From: Pyrodictium abyssi
GTDB lineage: Archaea > Thermoproteota > Thermoprotei_A > Sulfolobales > Pyrodictiaceae
Reading direction: 5' to 3'
NCBI RefSeq assembly: GCF_036323395.1
Contig: NZ_AP028907.1
Location: 480,001 to 512,000 of the forward strand
DNA length: 32,000 bases
Below the pieces are notes generated by a model. It saw nothing but the letters and a program-made list of their open reading frames with translations. It was not told the DNA's origin and ran no database searches. Shown piece by piece: positions 26,509-32,000 of this stretch. The translations under genes and the position numbers were made by a program. How positions within the stretch are numbered: the first letter of the stretch is position 1; every line of letters starts with the position of its first letter.

Positions 26509-26583
26509 TATTGTGTCATATGCGGTAGAGGCGGCAGAGGGTCTCTGAGGGTTATATAGCCCAGGGGTGGCTGGTGCGGCTCC

Positions 26584-27309
26584 GTGCGGGTGCCCCAGTT
26601 GGCTGTAGCGTGCAAAGACCTATGCAGCTCGCTCAGCGGCCTCGTAGCGGTTGACGAGCCTGCCCAGGGTCTGGGGATACGCGTAGCCTACAGCCTCGCC
26701 TGGGGCAGGCCCGTAGAGGAGCTCGACGCCGGGGTTCTCCGCGGCGAGGAGGAGCGGCTCCTCCGGGAGCTCAGAGAGGGGTATAGCCTCGAGACGCTCC
26801 GCGGCGACCCGGTGGTCCGGGCGTACCGGGACTTCTACTGGAGAATAGGCATCGACCCGACCAAGACCCGGCCTAGCAGCGAGGCCCTGGTGCGGAGGGC
26901 GCTGAGGGGCCGCTGGCCCCGGGTGAACCCCGTGGTGGACGCGGGGAACATAGCCTCGGCCCGCTACATGGTGCCCATAGGGCTCTACGACGCCGAGCGG
27001 TTCAGGCCGCCGGCCCGGATAACCCTAGCCCGTGGCGGCGAGCTGTTCAACCCGATCGGCGGCAACCCGGAGCGGCTCGGCGAGGGCACGCCTATCATGG
27101 TGGACGCTGGGGGCGTGGTGATGCACCTCTACCCGCACCGCGACAGCAGGGAGACCATGGTCCGGCCCGAGACCAGGTGCATCCTCATCCTCGCAGCCGG
27201 GGTGCCCGGGGTCGAGCAGCAGAGGCTAGAGGCGGCTGTCAGGGAGGTGCAGAGGCTCCTAGGCCTCCTAGGCTGGCAGAGCTGCCCAGAGACGGCCCAC
27301 GCCCCGTAG
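26584..27309 (+). CDS. B3/B4 (phenylalanyl-tRNA synthetase beta-like) tRNA-binding domain protein
   Basis: 241 aa. 'AYRDFYWRIGIDPTKTRPSSEALVRRALRG...LPRVNPVVDAGNIASARYMVPIGLYDAERF' type motif (here 'WPRVNPVVDAGNIAS'). Confidence 0.85.
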   Translation: MRVPQLAVACKDLCSSLSGLVAVDEPAQGLGIRVAYSLAWGRPVEELDAGVLRGEEERLLRELREGYSLETLRGDPVVRAYRDFYWRIGIDPTKTRPSSEALVRRALRGRWPRVNPVVDAGNIASARYMVPIGLYDAERFRPPARITLARGGELFNPIGGNPERLGEGTPIMVDAGGVVMHLYPHRDSRETMVRPETRCILILAAGVPGVEQQRLEAAVREVQRLLGLLGWQSCPETAHAP

Positions 27310-27349
27310 CGGGCCCGGAGCCAGGGGGGCCGCGGGGAGAGGGGCAGCG

Positions 27350-27658
27350 GTGCTCGCCTGGATACTCGCAGCACTAGCGGCGGGTACGCTGCTCGGCCTA
27401 GCGCTAGCCCGCCGCGGCCTATACAGCCGCGTAGGCCGCGCCGTGGACGCGGCCCTAGCAGCCATGGTCTACGCTATAGTGCTCCTCGTGGGCCTAGAGG
27501 CTGGGGCCAGCCTGCGGGGCAGCAGCGGCGAGGCCCTAGCGAGGATAGCGGCTTCGAGCATAGTGCTCGCAGCGGCGACGGCGGTGGCGAGCCTCGCAGC
27601 AGCGATAGTCGTCCTCCGGCTAGCCGGCCGCCGGCCCCAGGCTAGCCTTCCCCCCTAG
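27350..27658 (+). CDS. Small membrane protein, probable N-terminal half of a LysO (COG2431)-type transporter
   Basis: 102 aa, GTG start. Hydrophobic helices with 'AMVYAIVLLVGLEAGASL' and a TM layout like the LysO N-terminal region. Confidence 0.6.
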   Translation: MLAWILAALAAGTLLGLALARRGLYSRVGRAVDAALAAMVYAIVLLVGLEAGASLRGSSGEALARIAASSIVLAAATAVASLAAAIVVLRLAGRRPQASLPP

Positions 27659-28019
27659 CCGGGCAGTCTGCCCCGAGCCGCCTGGCCAGCTCTAGCCGGT
27701 CCCTGGTCAGCGGCGCGTTCACGTCCACGACGAGGCTGTCTTCGAGGGCCTCGGCCCAGTGCGGGACGCCAGGCGGTATCACCTCGTAGTCGCCGGGCCC
27801 GAGCACCCGCTCCCCGCGGCCCTCTACGCCGAGCAGGAGCCTCCCCCGGAGGCAGAACGTGGCCTGCACCGACGGATGGCTGTGCCGGGGGACCCGGGCG
27901 CCGCGCCGTATCCTAGACTCCATGACCACTAGGTCCCGGCTGCAGTAGGCTATCCGGGAGCATACGCCCTCCAGGAGCTCCCGGCACCAGTCCAAGCTAA
28001 TCCCCGGGATAGAGCCCAC
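27642..28019 (-). CDS. Small cupin-domain protein
   Basis: 125 aa. 'RVPRHSHPSVQATFCLRGRLLLGVEGRGERVLGPGDYEVIPPGVPHWAEALEDSLVV' matches both cupin motifs. Confidence 0.9.
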   Translation of the reverse strand: MGSIPGISLDWCRELLEGVCSRIAYCSRDLVVMESRIRRGARVPRHSHPSVQATFCLRGRLLLGVEGRGERVLGPGDYEVIPPGVPHWAEALEDSLVVDVNAPLTRDRLELARRLGADCPARGEG

Positions 28020-28056
28020 GAGCTGGCCACCGGCTAAATAGAGTGGCTCGGCAGGG

Positions 28057-28650
28057 CTAGCCGGCTAGTAGCGCTATCGCCGCCGGGGCTGCTAGGGTCA
28101 GGGCGACGCCGTGGACAAGGGCTACGGCGGCCTCGTAGGCGCCCCCATGGAGCGCTACCACGGGGAGCCCGGTGTCCATGGTGGTGGCGCCGCCTACTGC
28201 TATTGCTTGTAGCCGTAGCCCGCGGCGGGCTAGAGCCGGGTATAGGGCTATGTGGAGGCTCTCCCTGAACAGGTTCGCGAGGAATGCAACCACGCCCAGG
28301 CCCGGGTCGATCCTGGCCAAGGCGGGGCCTGCGAGGCTATACCAGCCAGCAGCCGCGCCTATCGCGGCAGCCGGCCTGGGCGGCGCTAGCCCGGTCACCG
28401 CCGCTACTACCGCGGCTGAAGCGGCGCTGGAGACAAGGGTTGCTACAGCCAGTAGTAGCCCCTGGAGCCCGGCGCTGCGCAGCCTCATCCTCTGCCCAGG
28501 GAGCTGGCCGCCGATAGCCAGCCCGGCCGCGAAGACGAGGACGACCAGGAGCGGGTCGAAGACCCCCGAGGGCGCCGTGTAGCCAGCATAGCCGAGAGCT
28601 ATGCCGGCTGCTAGCACTGCTAGCGTCGTGGCCGGCTGTAGCAGTGCCAA
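28057..28650 (-). CDS. lysO: LysO-family (lysine/cationic amino acid exporter) membrane protein, C-terminal domain form
   Basis: 197 aa. 'AAIGAAAGWYSLAGPAL...LGVVAFLANLFRESLHIALYPALARRGL...AVGGATTMDTGLPVV' matches conserved LysO motifs. Confidence 0.85.
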   Translation of the reverse strand: MALLQPATTLAVLAAGIALGYAGYTAPSGVFDPLLVVLVFAAGLAIGGQLPGQRMRLRSAGLQGLLLAVATLVSSAASAAVVAAVTGLAPPRPAAAIGAAAGWYSLAGPALARIDPGLGVVAFLANLFRESLHIALYPALARRGLRLQAIAVGGATTMDTGLPVVALHGGAYEAAVALVHGVALTLAAPAAIALLAG

Positions 28651-28869
28651 GCCAGCGAGACACCCCAGGAGCGGCCCCGGGGCCCCCTGGGGTTTGGATA
28701 CCTAGCGTCCGCGGGGCGTGGGGGACCGCTTGGTACGGAGGCCCGTGTACTGTAGCGGGGCTGCGAGGGTATTGCGTGTAGTCTGGTGTAACACGGGGTT
28801 GACTGGTGCACCACGTGGGGAGACTATAGAAGGGTATCCCCGTGCACCACACAGCCCGGTGAACACAGA

Positions 28870-30201
28870 GTGGAGACTAGGACGCTCCTCGTAGCGGCTG
28901 TAATCCTCGTAGTCATAGCGGGCGTGGCAGCCTTCACTCTCATGAAGGGCGGTGAGCAGGCAGCCCCAGCAGCCGAGAAGGCAGCGCCAGAGACCACAGC
29001 GGCCCCGGCCGCCGAGACTACGGCCGCTGAGACGGCTGCCCAGAAGCTTGAGCGCAACAAGATCTGTGTCGTCTACGACATTGGTGGTCGCGGCGACCTA
29101 AGCTTCAACGACATGGCCTACCTCGGCGCCAAGAAGGCGGCCAAGGACTTCGGCCTAGAGGTGGTCGAGGTCCAGAGTGCTACTGAGAGCGACTACTTGC
29201 CTAACCTGCGTACGCTGGCTAAGGACGGCAAGTGTGCCGTGATAGTAGCGGTAGGCTTCCTGATGACCGACGCTGTGAAGAAGGTTGCCGACGAGTATCC
29301 TGACCAGCTCTTCGCCATCATAGACGGCTACATACCAGACAAGCCCAACGTGCTGAGCGTCCTGTTCAAGGAGCATGAGGGCAGTGCTCTCGCCGGCGCG
29401 CTGGCCAGCATGGTGGCCCACTACTACGGCTGCAAGGCTGTGGGCGTTGTGCTGGGTATGGAGATACCGGTGCTCTACAAGTTCGAGGCTGGCTACTACT
29501 GGGGTATACGCTACGGCGAGAAGGTGTTCGAGCAGCACGAGGGCAAGAAGGTCGAGCCCCTAAGGATACTCTACACCTACACGGGCGCGTTCAACGACCC
29601 GGCCCGCGGCAAGACTGCGACTGAGGCCCAGCTGGGCCAGGGCGCCTGCGTGGTCTACAACGTGGCTGGCGCCACGGGCCTAGGCATCTTCGAGGCTGTG
29701 GCCGAGGCCGCTAAGAAGCAGGGCAAGGACATGGGCCCGCCGTTCGCCATAGGCGTAGACGCGGACCAGGACTGGATCAAGCCAGGCTTCATACTAGCTA
29801 GCATGATGAAGCGCGTAGACGTAGGCGTCTACAAGGCCGTAGAGAGGGCCCTTAAGTACTACAAGGGCGAGGTAGACAAGTACGGCGGCATAATGGAGCT
29901 AGGCCTCAAGGAGGGCGGCGTAGGCCTAAGCAAGCTAGAGGACCTAGAGACCTTCCTAGAGATAGCAGTAGAGGCTGGCAGCATTAAGCCCGAGCAGAAG
30001 CAGGAGATATACGAGAAGGTCAAGAAGATGAGGGAGCAGATACCCGGCTGGATCTGGGAGGAGGCCTACAAGCTAGCCGACATCCTCAAGGAGAACAAGG
30101 ACATAGAGGTCATGGGCCTAAAGTTCAGCGACATAGAGAGCATGATACCGATGGACGCCAACGAGATACAGAAGGTACGCGAACAGCTACAGGTAGGCTA
30201 G
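28870..30201 (+). CDS. BMP/PnrA-family substrate-binding protein (putative nucleoside ABC transporter component)
   Basis: 443 aa. N-terminal TM; Ala/Pro/Thr/Glu linker; 'KICVVYDIGGRGDLSFNDMAYLGAKKAAKDFGLEVVEVQS', 'LFAIIDGYIPDKPNVLSVLFKEHEGSALAGALASMVAHY', 'IGVDADQDWIKPGFILASMMKRVDVGVYKAV'. Confidence 0.93.
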   Translation: METRTLLVAAVILVVIAGVAAFTLMKGGEQAAPAAEKAAPETTAAPAAETTAAETAAQKLERNKICVVYDIGGRGDLSFNDMAYLGAKKAAKDFGLEVVEVQSATESDYLPNLRTLAKDGKCAVIVAVGFLMTDAVKKVADEYPDQLFAIIDGYIPDKPNVLSVLFKEHEGSALAGALASMVAHYYGCKAVGVVLGMEIPVLYKFEAGYYWGIRYGEKVFEQHEGKKVEPLRILYTYTGAFNDPARGKTATEAQLGQGACVVYNVAGATGLGIFEAVAEAAKKQGKDMGPPFAIGVDADQDWIKPGFILASMMKRVDVGVYKAVERALKYYKGEVDKYGGIMELGLKEGGVGLSKLEDLETFLEIAVEAGSIKPEQKQEIYEKVKKMREQIPGWIWEEAYKLADILKENKDIEVMGLKFSDIESMIPMDANEIQKVREQLQVG

Positions 30202-30227
30202 CCCCACTCCATACACACGCCACACCC

Positions 30228-30245
30228 AAGCTAAACCGGGTTTTT
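30228..30245 (+). terminator. Possible archaeal U-rich terminator after the BMP-family gene
   Basis: 'accgggtttttagcccc' about 30 nt downstream of the stop codon. Confidence 0.35.
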
Positions 30246-30509
30246 AGCCCCTCCACTCGCGTCCGCCAGCCTCTCCTTCCCTGTTCTCTGCCCACCTTGC
30301 TCCTCACGGTATCCACGCTGAGGGACGCATATACGCAGCCGGGAACAGACCCCCGGGGCTTCTCCACAGCACCACAGCCTGGTCACATGGCTGTACGCGG
30401 AGGCGAGCCGCCGGCCAAGCGGGCCTATAGAGGAGGCCACGACAACCAATAATCCTACTCTATGCAATATTTCAGTTAAACCGGCCCGTGGTAAAGGTGC
30501 CGGAAAGCC

Positions 30510-32000
30510 TTGGAGCCAGGCGAACGCAGCAAGAAGTGCATCTACATACAGCTACGCAAGCTCATAATAAAGAACTTTAAGAGCATACACGAGCTCGAGC
30601 TGGAGCTGCAGCCAGGCCTAAACGTGCTCGTCGGCAGCAATGCCTCCGGTAAGACGAACATACTGGAAGCGGTAAGCTTCATGTACAAAGCACTCGTAGA
30701 AGCAGCCGAGAGGATACCCTATAGGCCGCATGCGCCGCAGTACTGGTCACCCCTAGACATAGTATACATGAAAGACCCCAATGCAGTCATGGCCCTAGGA
30801 ATGGAGTTCGACATCTACACCCAGGCGGAAGACACATGGCTACGAATGCCAATAGGATTTACAGCAAACCTGGCATACAACCCAGGCACCGATACGCTAG
30901 AGCCCACGCTATACGAGCTAAACTTCGGCAACGCTACAAGGATACGGATAAGCAGACACGGCATAGAAGTTAGGATTAGACGCGACGTCCTGGAGAAAGC
31001 CAAGGAGGTAATCAAGAACGATGGTGTTGATATAGAGCTAGAGTACCAGGAAGAGGACAGCGAGGTGATCGTATACATTGAGCCCGAGGGAGCGCGTCCA
31101 GGCGTGCTGACACCAGCCAATGCGGCCTCAATGTTCTGGAAGAGCACGAAAAGCATGATGGAAAGAAATGGTGGCAGTTTGAAGACAATATCTTAGGAGT
31201 ATTCATAATAAAGATTTGCTTGTATATTACATTTCGCAACACATGCGTCGTGGAATACATAAAAAAAGAACAAGAATTCTTCGTAGCGTTGCACTCGCCG
31301 GAAAAGCTAGAAGAGCTGCTACATCCAAAGAAGGTAGCAAAATTTATCACTGTTTTCAAAGTTAGCCCAGCTAAGGAGCTTAATGCCGTATGTATAAACC
31401 TCGAGACTCATGCAACAGTAGCGTTTAGTCCAGATCCCGTTATGGATCTATTGGTCTATGTTATTCCTGCCATTCTTAGGAGGTTTGTGTTTCTTCGTCA
31501 CCCGGATATGGGTGCCGTCGGCGAGCCCGTGAAGTTTAGTGGTAGCGACCGGCCTGATGAGAGAGCCCGTAACCTCGCCGAGGTATTGCTTGTTGTGCAG
31601 GGGCGTAGGGGACGCTTCCCGGAGCGCGTTGAGCGTGCGCTGCGTGAGCTATTTCCCGGCATGTCTCTGCGCGTGGAGTCGCGGTTTGGCCGTGTCGTGC
31701 TGGTTGGCGAGGAGGGTGGGATTGAGCTTCCGCCGCCTACCTGCCGGATGGCCTTGTAAAGGTTGTCGCGTTGATGCTTGCCGCGGATCTTGAGCCGGTG
31801 CTGCTATGGTCGACGAGATAGAAAATAGTATGCATGCGAGACTCCTAGAGTACGTTGTGGATGAGCTTAACAGCCTACCTGTACCCGTCCTGGTTGCTAC
31901 GCATTCGCCTATCGTGGTTGACCTTGTTGGCCGGAGAGGGTGCTGCTGGTGCGGAAGGATACGAGGAGGGGCACCGTGGTGGAGAGGATAGGGAGGAGCC
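30510..32000 (+). pseudogene. SMC/RecF-like AAA ATPase gene broken by multiple frameshifts; extends past the right edge
   Basis: N-terminal piece 30510-31196: 'LRKLIIKNFKSIHELELELQPGLNVLVGSNASGKTNILEAV' (Walker A). Second piece about 31220-31740. Then in a third frame from 31741 'LPDGLVKVVALMLAADLEPVLL'; in a fourth from about 31806 'MVDEIENSMHARLLEYVVDELNSLPVPVLVATHSPIVVDLV' (Walker B/D-loop/H-loop); then 'PERVLLVRKDTRRGTVVERIGRS' from 31931. Confidence 0.8.

Noticed and set aside
28337-28852. 171 aa minus-strand ORF overlapping the LysO-like gene
   Set aside because: It shadows the conserved LysO reading frame and gives a His/Thr/Arg-rich random-looking translation.
1-32000. tRNA and rRNA genes
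   Set aside because: A visual scan found no convincing T-arm (GTTCRA) pair with acceptor complementarity and no rRNA-like sequence. This is not equivalent to a tRNAscan/Infernal run, so small RNAs may be missed.

Overview
This 32 kb window is archaeal. It looks hyperthermophilic crenarchaeal, Desulfurococcales/Pyrodictiaceae-like; that placement is inferred from gene content and promoter style, not computed. The main landmarks are: (1) a partial KaiC/RecA-like ATPase start at the left edge; (2) a minus-strand type IV pilus/Tad-like module (two T2SF/TadC-like membrane proteins, a GspE/VirB11 ATPase) with a type IV pilin-like gene about 1.5 kb away; (3) a ~14 kb plus-strand block dominated by c-type cytochrome functions: a thioredoxin-CcdA fusion, an oversized CcmF-like heme lyase, a transglutaminase-like membrane protein, a secreted/anchored protein, an octaheme HAO-like cytochrome with a C-terminal anchor, a large polytopic membrane protein of unknown family, an N-terminally anchored cytochrome with 13 CXXCH motifs plus one CX3CH, a small membrane protein that may be a cytochrome b-type subunit, and a radical SAM protein with a C-terminal SPASM-like Cys cluster; (4) a purA - FAD oxidoreductase - purB cluster on the minus strand; (5) a B3/B4-domain protein, a LysO-type exporter split into two genes on opposite strands around a cupin gene, and a BMP/PnrA-family nucleoside-binding-like protein; (6) at the right edge, a SMC/RecF-like AAA ATPase whose coding sequence is broken by about four same-direction frameshifts. 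The most interesting signal is the multiheme cytochrome block, a candidate membrane-to-cell-surface electron transfer system. No tRNA, rRNA or CRISPR array was recognised by eye.
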